Source: an uncultured virus (IMG/VR IMGVR_UViG_3300037471_001331)
Taxonomy: Duplodnaviria > Heunggongvirae > Uroviricota > Caudoviricetes
IMG/VR virus record: IMGVR_UViG_3300037471_001331
DNA length: 25,675 nucleotides
Strand: one strand, 5' to 3'
Shown here: positions 1 to 8,637 of the stretch, piece by piece
Position numbering within the stretch: position 1 is the first letter of the stretch
Layout of the letters: each line of letters starts with the position of its first letter
Program-made: the position numbers and the translations under genes
Notes under the pieces: generated by a model
Told to the model about the DNA's origin: nothing
The model's database searches: none
Seen by the model: the letters and a program-made list of their open reading frames with translations, nothing else

Positions 1-168
1 CAGCGGGGCAAGGTCGACTGGGATCAGCTTCGCGCTCAGCTCGAGCTCTACGTCCAGAACGGTGCCCTCGCCGTGGACCCCACTTACGACCCGTCGGCCA
101 ACTACGGCTTGATCTTCGTGACGGCCGTTCGCAACGACCCGATTGTAGGAAACGACCAAACCGGTTAA
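1..168 (+). CDS. 3' end of a phage virion (head-tail connector-like) protein, partial
   Basis: Frame 1 is open from the window edge (QRGKVDWDQLRAQLELYVQNGALAVDPTYDPSANYGLIFVTAVRNDPIVGNDQTG) to TAA at 166-168. Product inferred from position only. Confidence 0.45.
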   Translation, partial: QRGKVDWDQLRAQLELYVQNGALAVDPTYDPSANYGLIFVTAVRNDPIVGNDQTG

Positions 169-179
169 TAGCCGGGGTC

Positions 180-554
180 ATGATGTTCGCGCTATTGGCA
201 GCGGCCTCCCTCGTTGCAGAGGCCGAGCAAGTTCTGGCCAGCCAGACGCCCAATCCCTCAGCTGTGCAGTTCAGCGACGTTCGCGAAGGCGACGGCGTCG
301 TCTGCGGCCGGATCAACCGCCCCAACCGGGCCGGCGGATACGACGGCTTCCGGCCGTTCGCTTACTACTCCAGGGACCGCTGGATGTGGGGCACGAGCGA
401 CGGGGTTGTCGTCGAGAACGGCGTCCTCGTCGATGTCGGTTATCTGATGGCGACGGAGCGAAACCTCGACGAGCTAAACACGGCACTGGCAGACGGCGCC
501 GCCCAGCTCAGGGGTTGCTCAGGTCCCAGTCCGGAGCAGCTCAATTCCAATTGA
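180..554 (+). CDS. exported/periplasmic hypothetical protein (moron-like)
   Basis: Signal-peptide-like N-terminus (MMFALLAAASLVAEA) and a VCGRINRPNRAGGYDGFRPF segment resembling the VCGxVNxKNxxGGYxGF motif of small exported prophage proteins. Confidence 0.6.
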   Translation: MMFALLAAASLVAEAEQVLASQTPNPSAVQFSDVREGDGVVCGRINRPNRAGGYDGFRPFAYYSRDRWMWGTSDGVVVENGVLVDVGYLMATERNLDELNTALADGAAQLRGCSGPSPEQLNSN

Positions 555-962
555 GCGATAATTCCGAAGGGCCGTCTTGGCCATCGGCAGCACCTCGCAA
601 TGGACCGAGACCAGCTCGTTGGTCTGTGTCCCGTCGCCGGGATCGAGCAGCGGGATCTTCTTCTTCTCTCCGAAGGCATCGAAGATGACGTCGATCATGT
701 CGGCTTCGTCGAGCAGGTTCGCGTCGTCGACAGTCGAGATGGTCAGGCCGAAGCGGATGGTCCACTGGCCCAAGTTCTCGTCGAAGGAGAAGCCGTTGAC
801 GCCGATCAGCGGCACCCGCGGCATGGTCTCTTCGTCGAAGCGATCCTCCCACGACCAGTAGGCGAGGTCCGGAAACTTGCCGGTGGTGGACTGAATTTCA
901 TTGATCAGGTCGTTCACCGCGCGGAGAACCGACTTATAGACCGTGCTGTAGAGCTTCGCCAT
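519..962 (-). CDS. putative tail terminator/completion-like protein, on the opposite strand
   Basis: 147-aa acidic ORF with typical codon usage. Size and helix-then-strands pattern fit the lambda gpU/SPP1 gp17 class. Function is inferred. Confidence 0.5.
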   Translation of the reverse strand: MAKLYSTVYKSVLRAVNDLINEIQSTTGKFPDLAYWSWEDRFDEETMPRVPLIGVNGFSFDENLGQWTIRFGLTISTVDDANLLDEADMIDVIFDAFGEKKKIPLLDPGDGTQTNELVSVHCEVLPMAKTALRNYRSIGIELLRTGT

Positions 963-991
963 TTGAGAGGCGGTGACCCCGCGGAGTCCCC

Positions 992-1891
992 ATGTCCACG
1001 TTAAGAATTCGGTTCAGGTTCAACCAGCAAACCGGCAAGGCGTCGGTCGAACCGGGGGGCAAGCACTTCGGCAACTTCTCGCGCGTGCTCGTGCAGCAGG
1101 TGGCGGTCCAGTACGGGAACAGCACGCTCGGGCTGATCAGGGACCATATTGAAAGCCAGATCCAGACGGACGTCCAGCGCGAGCTCGACCACATGGCCCG
1201 GCTCCTCATGACCCATGTCGTCGGCATTGCCGGACGCAACTCCGGGCCGACGGGCGCGCTCGGAACGGTGGCCCCCGAGTCCGAGGAGATGCGCGAGCTC
1301 GGCCTCCAGGTGAAGAGCGTCTCGCTGAGGGGTTTGGTCCGCGAGGGCTGGACGCCGCGCAGCCCCTACTATCTGAAGTGGCGGGCTCGCCACGGCGGAA
1401 GCACCGATTGGTTTCGGCTGCACTCCCCGAGCCGCCTCGACGCACTTCGATCAGGAAGCACCTGGACCGCGGCGTTCGGGGGCATCACCGTCAGCGTGCT
1501 CAAGCACACCGACCTCGAGAAAGGCGAACAGTCGTTCGGCCTCCTGAACATGCCCTACGGCAGCGCGGGGACGAGGATCGGCATCGCCACGATCCGCGTC
1601 GCCGCCATGAGCCGCATCACGCCCGAGATGCTGCCGGCGCTCGCCGGGGGTTCGCTCGGCAGTTTCGGCTCGAACCCGCAGCACGCCGGGCTTCTCTCGA
1701 TGCTCGGCGACCCGATCGCCTGGCGCCTCGGCGGCGATCCTGTCCGCGTGCCGTTCCGGCCGACCATCCAGCCGTTCCTCGGCTTCTTCCTGACAAGGGC
1801 GCTTCCGAACGCCGTGGCGAAGCGGATCGAGCAGGGTTTTGCACAGACGCGCTGGAAGTGGGAGCAGGGCTCGGTCGGTCGTACGCGCTAA
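992..1891 (+). CDS. putative neck/tail-completion (virion morphogenesis) protein
   Basis: 299-aa ORF, GGAG SD at 983-986. Basic WTPRSPYYLKWR and RPTIQPFL segments resemble HK97 gp10/Mu gpG-like proteins. Lies upstream of the tail chaperones. Confidence 0.5.
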   Translation: MSTLRIRFRFNQQTGKASVEPGGKHFGNFSRVLVQQVAVQYGNSTLGLIRDHIESQIQTDVQRELDHMARLLMTHVVGIAGRNSGPTGALGTVAPESEEMRELGLQVKSVSLRGLVREGWTPRSPYYLKWRARHGGSTDWFRLHSPSRLDALRSGSTWTAAFGGITVSVLKHTDLEKGEQSFGLLNMPYGSAGTRIGIATIRVAAMSRITPEMLPALAGGSLGSFGSNPQHAGLLSMLGDPIAWRLGGDPVRVPFRPTIQPFLGFFLTRALPNAVAKRIEQGFAQTRWKWEQGSVGRTR

Positions 1892-1899
1892 TCCACAAG
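1888..1899 (+). promoter_or_regulatory. CTAATCCACA motif copy 1 (putative late promoter/regulator site)
   Basis: CTAATCCACAAG begins 54 nt before ATG 1942. The same 10-mer occurs at 2992, 9552 and 12682. Confidence 0.6.
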
Positions 1900-1941
1900 A
1901 CGACATTCACCGGCAACCGCGGTCCACCGTAAGGCGCGGTT

Positions 1942-2157
1942 ATGTCAAAGCAAAGCCACCGCAGTTTCACGCTCCGCGTCGAGACCCCGTTCTACCTCGA
2001 ACTCGCCGAGAAGGCGCAGGCCGAAGGTATCCCTCTCAACCAGCTCGCCAACCGGCTTCTCCGCCTCGGTCTCGGCAAGCACATTTCGCTCGACGCAGCG
2101 CTGCGGAACATGCTGATGGACCGCATCGTTCGCGACGACCCGGCGGTGCAGGGATGA
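1942..2157 (+). CDS. Arc/HicB-like ribbon-helix-helix DNA-binding protein
   Basis: SFTLRVETPFYLELAEKAQAEGIPLNQLANRLL matches the RHH pattern (FxLR strand, two helices, G-x-[S/P]-L-N turn). ATGA overlap with the next gene. Confidence 0.75.
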   Translation: MSKQSHRSFTLRVETPFYLELAEKAQAEGIPLNQLANRLLRLGLGKHISLDAALRNMLMDRIVRDDPAVQG

Positions 2158-2573
2158 CCGCGGCCACCGCCGCCGGCTTTACCCGGCCACCCCTGACCTG
2201 CACGGTCAAGCTCGAGGACGGCGAAGACTATACGGTGAAGCTCAGCTACGGGCTGTTCAACGACCTGCAGCGCACCGTCCCCGATCCCGCAGCCGTGATC
2301 GATACCGTGCTCTCCGACCCGTACACCCGGGACTATATCGTTCGGCGTTGCATGACGCCGATCAAGAAAATGGTGAAGGACATCGAGACCGAGCTGAAGC
2401 CGGTCGATGAAATCGGCCTCGACGATCCGGATCAGGTCGACAAGCTCCTTCAGTGGGTCACGGGACACCTCCTGTATTTTTTCGCGACCTCGGCGGGCGG
2501 GCTCAAGCAGTTGAGCGAGCAATTCAAGGCAGCAGCCCCGTCCGCCCCCTCGAACAATGGTTCTCAGAGCTGA
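2154..2573 (+). CDS. tail assembly chaperone (gpG-like)
   Basis: ATG 2154 overlaps the upstream stop (ATGA). 139 aa, upstream of the tape measure, overlapped by a -1 frame ORF. Confidence 0.7.
   Translation: MTAATAAGFTRPPLTCTVKLEDGEDYTVKLSYGLFNDLQRTVPDPAAVIDTVLSDPYTRDYIVRRCMTPIKKMVKDIETELKPVDEIGLDDPDQVDKLLQWVTGHLLYFFATSAGGLKQLSEQFKAAAPSAPSNNGSQS
2477..2483 (+). other. candidate -1 programmed ribosomal frameshift heptamer T TTT TTC
   Basis: In-frame TAT TTT TTC gives an X XXY YYZ heptamer. AT-rich codons are atypical here. The -1 frame stays open to 2863. Confidence 0.6.
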
Positions 2574-2863
2574 CGTTCGAGGAAGGTATCTGCTGGGCGT
2601 TCGGGGTCGACGAAGGCGATCTCGAGGATCTCTACTGGCGGCTTAGCTTCTACGAGCTGATCGGCCGGATGAAGCTCAAGTTCGGTGAGCTCAACGCGAG
2701 AATGCTTTGTCAGTACACGGCGTTCGCCCAGGTGGTCGCCGGCATCTTCGGCGACAAGCAGGACGGGCCGACGCCGGCCAAGGGTGACTACACCGATCTC
2801 GCCGAGGCACCGTCGTACGACGCCGCCCTCGCGGCGATGAACGCGGCCTTGAATGTTGGTTGA
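2483..2863 (+). CDS. tail assembly chaperone frameshift extension (gpT part of gpGT)
   Basis: -1 frame ORF (2453..2863) overlapping the chaperone 3' end, with no convincing own RBS, directly before the tape measure gene. Confidence 0.65.
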   Translation, partial: RDLGGRAQAVERAIQGSSPVRPLEQWFSELTFEEGICWAFGVDEGDLEDLYWRLSFYELIGRMKLKFGELNARMLCQYTAFAQVVAGIFGDKQDGPTPAKGDYTDLAEAPSYDAALAAMNAALNVG

Positions 2864-2900
2864 CGCCTTTTCCCGTGCGGGCTGACATCCCGCGCGATTA

Positions 2901-2992
2901 GATCACCCTCAGCTTAGGCTGCGAAAGGAGGTGATCGTTACATCTCCCGGGGACGGGGCCCTCCACCGCGAAATCTGACCGCGGTGGAGGGC
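2901..2992 (+). ncRNA. putative structured intergenic RNA with sequestered perfect SD and 13-bp hairpin
   Basis: GATCACC (2901-2907) pairs with GGTGATC (2930-2936). AAAGGAGGTGATC at 2924-2936. Perfect stem GCCCTCCACCGCG/CGCGGTGGAGGGC (2958-2970/2980-2992). Confidence 0.4.
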
Positions 2993-3003
2993 TAATCCAC
3001 AAG
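2992..3003 (+). promoter_or_regulatory. CTAATCCACA motif copy 2
   Basis: CTAATCCACAAG begins 55 nt before ATG 3047. Confidence 0.6.
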
Positions 3004-3046
3004 CCAGCCGTGAATTTGGTGCCCCACTCCGGTTGAGACCGTGGGG

Positions 3047-6000
3047 ATGCGAGACGGCGGCACTTTCGAAACTGAAGTGGTATTGGATGCCGACGGCGGT
3101 GCTGTCGATCGCGCCATCTCGGCTATCGAAACCCGTCTTCGCTCCATCCAACAGCAGGTCACCAGGATCCAGCAAGGGTCCAAAGCCGCCGCCGAGGCCT
3201 TCGGTGGCTCGCTCCAGCAGACGCTGAACAATTTCAACAAGACGGTCAGCACGCTCGAGCGGTTCCAGGCGAACATCCAGAAGCTCGACCCGAACTTCAC
3301 CAAGCAGAGCGAGATCAACGCGGCCTATGCCGCGCGCGAGAAGCTCGAGACGAACCTCGCCAACAAGAAGGCGGCGCAGGAAGCGAAGATGTGGGCCGAC
3401 GTCGAGCGCGTCCAGCTCGCCTCGGTCGACAAGGTCAACGCGAAGACGCGGGCCGAGATGCTCGCCAACGAGACCACCGTCCAGCGCATCCGCGAGCAGA
3501 ACATCATCAAGCTCGGCCGCGACCGGATGCAGCAGGAGGTCGAGATCGCCAAGGCGGCGGATCTCACTGCAATGCGGGCGAACTCGTCGAGCCAGCTTGG
3601 TGCTCTCCGCGCTGCTGCCCGCAATCCCTACACCACCGCCGAAGATCAGCGGACGCTTCTCCAGGTCATCGAGCTCGAGAAGCAGCGCATCCGGCTGATC
3701 GACCAGCGCATCGCCGCGGAAGAACGAGCCAACGCCACGTCGACGGTGGCCAATGCCGCCACCGTCCAGCTCAAGACTCGAGCCGCGCGAGCCGCCGAGC
3801 AGGAGTTGCTTTCGACGGCGAACCTCGGAGCCGCTCGGGCCCGCCAGGCCGAGCTCGAGGACCGCATCGCTGCTCGCGCAGAGCAGATCAACGGTCTCGC
3901 CATGAAGGAGCGGAGCTCGGCCGAGCAGCTGCTCAAGCTCGATCAGACCCGCCTGGCCGTCGCCGATCAGCGCGTCCGCCAGCTCGAGAACGAAAACCGG
4001 ATGCTGATCCAGCAGGCGCAGCCGAAGCCCGGCACGATCGGGCCTCCGCTGCCGCCCGGTATTCGCTCGCCCGGGACGCCCGGCGGAGGCGGCGGGGGCG
4101 GGAGGACGCCCCCGGGTCTCTTCGGGGCGACCGGCGTCAGCGGCATCTTCGCTCGAACCTTCGCCTACGGCACCGCCGCCTCGGTCATCTTCGAGACCGT
4201 CAGCGCGATGAAGGCCGGGATCGAGTACTCGATCCAGTTCGAAGACAAGATCCAGAAGCTCGGTGCGATTTCCGGGGCGACCGCGACCCAGATGAAGGAG
4301 CTCGCGGACACGGTCGCCGACGTCGGCAAGACCTCGCGCTTCTCGACGCTCGACCTCGCGGATGCCGCGACGACGCTTGCCCAGGCCGGTTTCAGCCAGG
4401 GCGACATCGTGCAGTCGCTCAAGAGCATCTCGGACCTCGCCACCGCGGCTGGTGTCGACATCCAGAGCGCGACCGACGTCATCACTTCGGCGATCGGTTC
4501 GTTCCAGCTGCAGGCCGGCGAGACCGGCCACATCAGCGACGTCCTCACAGTCGCCCTGAACCGCACGAAGCTCAACCTCCAGCAGGTCGCGCTCGGCATC
4601 CAATACGCCGGCCAGACCGCGCACGACGAGAATATCAGCTTCGAAGAGCTGACCGCGACCATGGCCGTCATGGCCCAGGCCGGCATCAAGTCCGGTTCGA
4701 CCATCGGCACCGGCCTGCGCCAGTTCCTGACCGATCTCCAGAACCCGACCAAGAAGCTCTCCGACGAGATGAAGAAGCTCGGCCTGTCGATGAAGGACAT
4801 CGACGTCGCGCATCTCGGACTGCCGGAAGTGCTGAACCGGCTCGCCGCGGCCGGGTTCGACGCCTCAGCGGCCTACGGCTCGCTCGAGAAGCGCGGCGCC
4901 GCGGCCTACCTCGTCCTCAAGAACAACCGCAATGCGATCAACGAGGAGATCCTCGCGCAGAACCAGATCGGCGCCGCCGCCGAGGCCGCAGCCAAGGGCC
5001 AGGACTCGCTCGCGGCCGAGTGGCAGCGGACCAAGAACGTCATCAACGACGGGGTCGAGCACGCGATCAAGCCGGCCACCGAGGCGCTGAAGGAATATCT
5101 GCACATCATCAACGACGCTGCCGGCGACCCGGAGATCCAGCGTCTGCAGAAGCTCTACAACGCAACCGGCTACTTCGACTTCGAGGCGCAGGACCGGATC
5201 CAGGTCGCGATGGCGCATTACCTCGACCAGAAGAAGGAGCTGACCGACGCCGAGGGCGCGAACGCCGAAGCGATCGAGGAAACCAACACCGCCATCAACA
5301 AGGCGACCGACGAGTTCAACAAGCACACCCAGACGCTGCAAGCGGTCGACGACGCGACCGAGCGGGTCGGCGTCCGCTCCAAGGAGCTGCGGACCGACCA
5401 TGTGGCGCTCGCCGCCGAGACCTCGACGCTGATCGCGCGCTTCGACGGGCTGGCCAAGTATCTCGACGGTGCCGCGCTCAGCTTCGACAATTTGCGAGAG
5501 GCGCTGCACGCCTACCGGCTCGAGGAGCTCAAGCTCCAGGGGCAGGCGCTAGCGACGATCGTTGCCCAGCAGCGCGCCTCGAAGGGCGAGCATTTCGATG
5601 CCGCGAACAGCCTCATGGCGACCGCGCGCAACGGGGACATTTTCAGCACCCTGCCGGCCAGCATCCAGAAGCAGTTGGCCTATGTCGCCAGCCACGCGAA
5701 CGACACGGTCGCGCTTACCGCTTTGTCCAACGCCGGCGAGAAGCTCGGGGACGCCGCGGCGAGGCGCTTCGTCGAGCAGTGGACGAGCCAGGTCGCGCAA
5801 GGCGTCGCGGCGAACAGTCAGGCCATCCGGGCCGGAAAGCAGCTCGACATCGTCGGGCAGCTGACGACGCCAAAGGGCGTCAGCCTGCAGAACACGGTTT
5901 CGAACCTCGCCGGTCAGCCCGACAGTGTCATCAAGGCGCAGATCGCCGTCATGTCGAAGGCGATGGAGGGCAAGAGCGAGAGCGTGCAGGGCGCCTACCT

Positions 6001-7585
6001 GCAGCTCATCGCGCAGGCCCAGAGCTATCTCGGCAGCGGCAACTCTCCGCACGGCCCCGCGGAGAAGCAACACCGCGGCCGTAACCTCGGCGCCCGGCAG
6101 GACGCGGCGGTCGACGCGGAGCAGGTGAAGGCCGCTCAGGCTCAGCTCAACCAAGCGATCAAGGGACTGCTGGACACGGCCTCGTCGGTCACGGGCGACG
6201 CCGAGATCATCATCAGCAAGACCCGCAACCTGACGCCCGCCCAGTTCAAGGCCAACCTCGACCGGGTCAACGCCTCGCTCGACGACTGGATCGCGGACCG
6301 CACGAAGCAGGTCCAGGACGAGATGAAGCGCCTGAAGATCGACCCGAACAGCGTCAAGGGCAGGAACATGCTCGACGCGCTGAACGATGAGATCGAGGCG
6401 AAGAAGGAAGAGGTCCAGCGCAAGGTTGGGGAGGCGATCGAGAAGGCGATCGACACGATGGTCAACGCCATCGAGGAAGTCGCCAAGCGCGCCGAGGAAG
6501 CCGCTGATCACCAGCAGCGACTGGCCGACGCGCGCGTGAACGCCCTTGGCCGTGCGAACCTGGCGGGCAGGGTGCCCGACTATGTCCAGGCGACCTACGA
6601 GCGCGCCGCGGCCCGGGCGAAGGACCAGCGCGATGTCGACCAGGTCCAGATCCAGGAGGCGGAGCTCAAGAAGCTCATCTCGACGCGGGATGAGCTCAAC
6701 AGCATGCTCGATGCGGCCGGCGGTGTCGGACTGCTCGGCAAGGACGACCCAGGGGTCCAGCGCCTCCAGCAGCTCAACGACCAGATCACTGCACTTCAGA
6801 ACAACACCGACGAGCTCAAGGCAAGCCTCGAAGGCGGACTGATCCCGCAGAGCTTCAGCACCAACCTGCAAATGGCGATCGAGAATTACCGCGAGGCCAA
6901 TCACCTCACGGCCTCGTTCACCGAAATGGTCTCGATGCACCTGACCGAGGCGTTCAGCACGGCCCAGGATGCGTTCGCGCAGTTCTTCACCGAGATCCTG
7001 TCGGGCACGGTGTCGATGAAGCAGGCCTTCGCCCACATGGTGAAGGCCATCATCGGCTACCTGATCCAGCTCATCGCCAAGATGATGGCCGTCAAGGTGA
7101 TGGAGATCCTGATCGGGTTCTCGAGCGGGAACAGCGGCGGCAGCATCGCGGTCCCCAACATGGACGCAGGAACGCTCTCGACGCCGGCCGGGATGGGGAT
7201 CGATTCGCTTCCGGGCCTCGGCAACCTCTACGGCGGCGAGATCCACGCCCTCTCCGGCCGCTACATCGTCGACGGGGTCCCCAATCGCGACAGCGTCCCG
7301 GCGCGGATCGCCCGGGGCGAGTATGTCGTTCGCAAGCGTGCGGTCGACAGCGTCGGCCTCGACTTCATGCGGCAGCTCAATGAGCACGGGGCAATGGCGC
7401 TCAGCGCGCTGGCGCCGAAGATCGTCATGCCGCCGCCCGCCCAGCAGCTCATGAACGTCTACGTCGTCTCGAAGGACCAGCAGCCGACGATGGGCCCGAA
7501 CGACGTCCTCGTGATCCTCCAGGAGGACATCTACCGCGGGGGCCCCACCAAGCAGCTGATCAAGCAAGTGGCACAGGGAGGTTAA
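3047..7585 (+). CDS. phage tail tape measure protein (TP901-type core)
   Basis: ~1512-aa Ala/Gln-rich helical ORF with a TP901-like core (LAQAGFSQ...GIKSGSTIGTGLR) and C-terminal DSVPARIARGEYVV motif. GTG 3041 is an alternative start. Confidence 0.93.
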   Translation: MRDGGTFETEVVLDADGGAVDRAISAIETRLRSIQQQVTRIQQGSKAAAEAFGGSLQQTLNNFNKTVSTLERFQANIQKLDPNFTKQSEINAAYAAREKLETNLANKKAAQEAKMWADVERVQLASVDKVNAKTRAEMLANETTVQRIREQNIIKLGRDRMQQEVEIAKAADLTAMRANSSSQLGALRAAARNPYTTAEDQRTLLQVIELEKQRIRLIDQRIAAEERANATSTVANAATVQLKTRAARAAEQELLSTANLGAARARQAELEDRIAARAEQINGLAMKERSSAEQLLKLDQTRLAVADQRVRQLENENRMLIQQAQPKPGTIGPPLPPGIRSPGTPGGGGGGGRTPPGLFGATGVSGIFARTFAYGTAASVIFETVSAMKAGIEYSIQFEDKIQKLGAISGATATQMKELADTVADVGKTSRFSTLDLADAATTLAQAGFSQGDIVQSLKSISDLATAAGVDIQSATDVITSAIGSFQLQAGETGHISDVLTVALNRTKLNLQQVALGIQYAGQTAHDENISFEELTATMAVMAQAGIKSGSTIGTGLRQFLTDLQNPTKKLSDEMKKLGLSMKDIDVAHLGLPEVLNRLAAAGFDASAAYGSLEKRGAAAYLVLKNNRNAINEEILAQNQIGAAAEAAAKGQDSLAAEWQRTKNVINDGVEHAIKPATEALKEYLHIINDAAGDPEIQRLQKLYNATGYFDFEAQDRIQVAMAHYLDQKKELTDAEGANAEAIEETNTAINKATDEFNKHTQTLQAVDDATERVGVRSKELRTDHVALAAETSTLIARFDGLAKYLDGAALSFDNLREALHAYRLEELKLQGQALATIVAQQRASKGEHFDAANSLMATARNGDIFSTLPASIQKQLAYVASHANDTVALTALSNAGEKLGDAAARRFVEQWTSQVAQGVAANSQAIRAGKQLDIVGQLTTPKGVSLQNTVSNLAGQPDSVIKAQIAVMSKAMEGKSESVQGAYLQLIAQAQSYLGSGNSPHGPAEKQHRGRNLGARQDAAVDAEQVKAAQAQLNQAIKGLLDTASSVTGDAEIIISKTRNLTPAQFKANLDRVNASLDDWIADRTKQVQDEMKRLKIDPNSVKGRNMLDALNDEIEAKKEEVQRKVGEAIEKAIDTMVNAIEEVAKRAEEAADHQQRLADARVNALGRANLAGRVPDYVQATYERAAARAKDQRDVDQVQIQEAELKKLISTRDELNSMLDAAGGVGLLGKDDPGVQRLQQLNDQITALQNNTDELKASLEGGLIPQSFSTNLQMAIENYREANHLTASFTEMVSMHLTEAFSTAQDAFAQFFTEILSGTVSMKQAFAHMVKAIIGYLIQLIAKMMAVKVMEILIGFSSGNSGGSIAVPNMDAGTLSTPAGMGIDSLPGLGNLYGGEIHALSGRYIVDGVPNRDSVPARIARGEYVVRKRAVDSVGLDFMRQLNEHGAMALSALAPKIVMPPPAQQLMNVYVVSKDQQPTMGPNDVLVILQEDIYRGGPTKQLIKQVAQGG

Positions 7586-7587
7586 CG

Positions 7588-7986
7588 GTGTCGGGCCAAT
7601 TCGACTTCTGTCCGAAGTACATGATCGCGAAGACCGTGCCGCCCAAGCCGGTCGACGGCATCTCGATGAACGGCTGGTTCTTCTCGGCCAAGCCGAAGAT
7701 TCCCTACCAGCGGACGTTCATCGTCACGCTGCAGGGCATGTACTGGTATCTCGGCGGCACCGGGCTCTACGACGCCATCACCAATCCGCGCTACAACGCC
7801 CGCCGGCTCGAGATCTTCTACCAGGCCAACGGAACCTGGGACAATTTCGACTTCGTGCATCCCCATCTGGGGGCGATGAAGTGCCGCTTCGCCGAGCCCG
7901 TCCAGGTGCCCGAAGCAATCGTCAACTCCGGTGGGCTGATCGACAAGTTCGACATCAAGCTCATCGAGCATAACCCGGGTTACTAA
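7588..7986 (+). CDS. distal tail / minor tail protein (lambda gpM-like)
   Basis: 132 aa immediately after the tape measure; FYQANGTWDNFDFVHP resembles gpM-type motifs. Confidence 0.65.
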   Translation: MSGQFDFCPKYMIAKTVPPKPVDGISMNGWFFSAKPKIPYQRTFIVTLQGMYWYLGGTGLYDAITNPRYNARRLEIFYQANGTWDNFDFVHPHLGAMKCRFAEPVQVPEAIVNSGGLIDKFDIKLIEHNPGY

Positions 7987-7987
7987 C

Positions 7988-8539
7988 ATGGCCAGTCTGT
8001 CCAAGATCAACAGCCGCTTTGAAATCCCGCTCACGGTCGTCGAGGGCGGCAGCGGCATCATCATGGGCGTCGTGACCGAGGCCGATCAGAAGCAGCTGCC
8101 GGTCAACGTGTTCATCAACCCGCGGCATGTCCTCCGCACCTCGGCGGTGACTGCGGTGAAGCCCGGAATGGTTCTGAGGACGCCGGCCGGCTCGCATTAC
8201 ATCGTCGGCTACAACGGGCCTTCCGACCAGCCCGAGGGGACAATCTGGCAGAGCTGGCGCCTGTTCGAAGCGACGGACCAGCTCAAGTGGGAGAGGCGCA
8301 CCAAGGTCACCGACACGGTCACGCAGCTGGACCGGGACGGCCCGCTTGAGGATCTCGGCATGATCTGGGTCGCCGTGGAAATGCTCGCGAGGCAACTCAC
8401 CGACTTCCGGACGAGCCAGAACTTCGAGCAGTCCCAGATTATCACCGGCCGACCGGTCCAGACCGACGACCTTTTGGGCGGTCGGAAGGTCACTCGGGCC
8501 GTCATCGCAATGGGCATCACCGTCGGGGCGCTCACCTAA
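7988..8539 (+). CDS. virion structural protein (head-closure/stopper-like)
   Basis: 183-aa beta-rich ORF tightly packed in the tail operon. Function inferred. Confidence 0.45.
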   Translation: MASLSKINSRFEIPLTVVEGGSGIIMGVVTEADQKQLPVNVFINPRHVLRTSAVTAVKPGMVLRTPAGSHYIVGYNGPSDQPEGTIWQSWRLFEATDQLKWERRTKVTDTVTQLDRDGPLEDLGMIWVAVEMLARQLTDFRTSQNFEQSQIITGRPVQTDDLLGGRKVTRAVIAMGITVGALT

Positions 8540-8637
8540 CGGTGGATTGCGGTGGCCGCGCTTCTCCGTGAAGTCGCGGGGGCTCGCTCTCAAAGGGTGA
8601 TCTGCAAGTTTCGTCACCCCTCGAGGAGCCTACGCCA

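Noticed and set aside
1942..2157. HicAB toxin-antitoxin pair
   Set aside because: Only an RHH domain; no HicA-like toxin adjacent.
2901..2936. 16S rRNA fragment
   Set aside because: The match is limited to the 13-nt anti-SD complement; flanks do not resemble rRNA.
2909..7567. Long antisense and alternate-frame ORFs over the tape measure (2909..4813 -, 5549..7567 -, 3391..6084 +)
   Set aside because: Shadow ORFs expected from high GC3 codon bias; Arg/Leu-rich nonsense composition and no motifs.
8541..8550. Minus-strand GCAATCCACC as a fifth late motif
   Set aside because: Three mismatches to the 10-mer and no credible gene start at the conserved distance.
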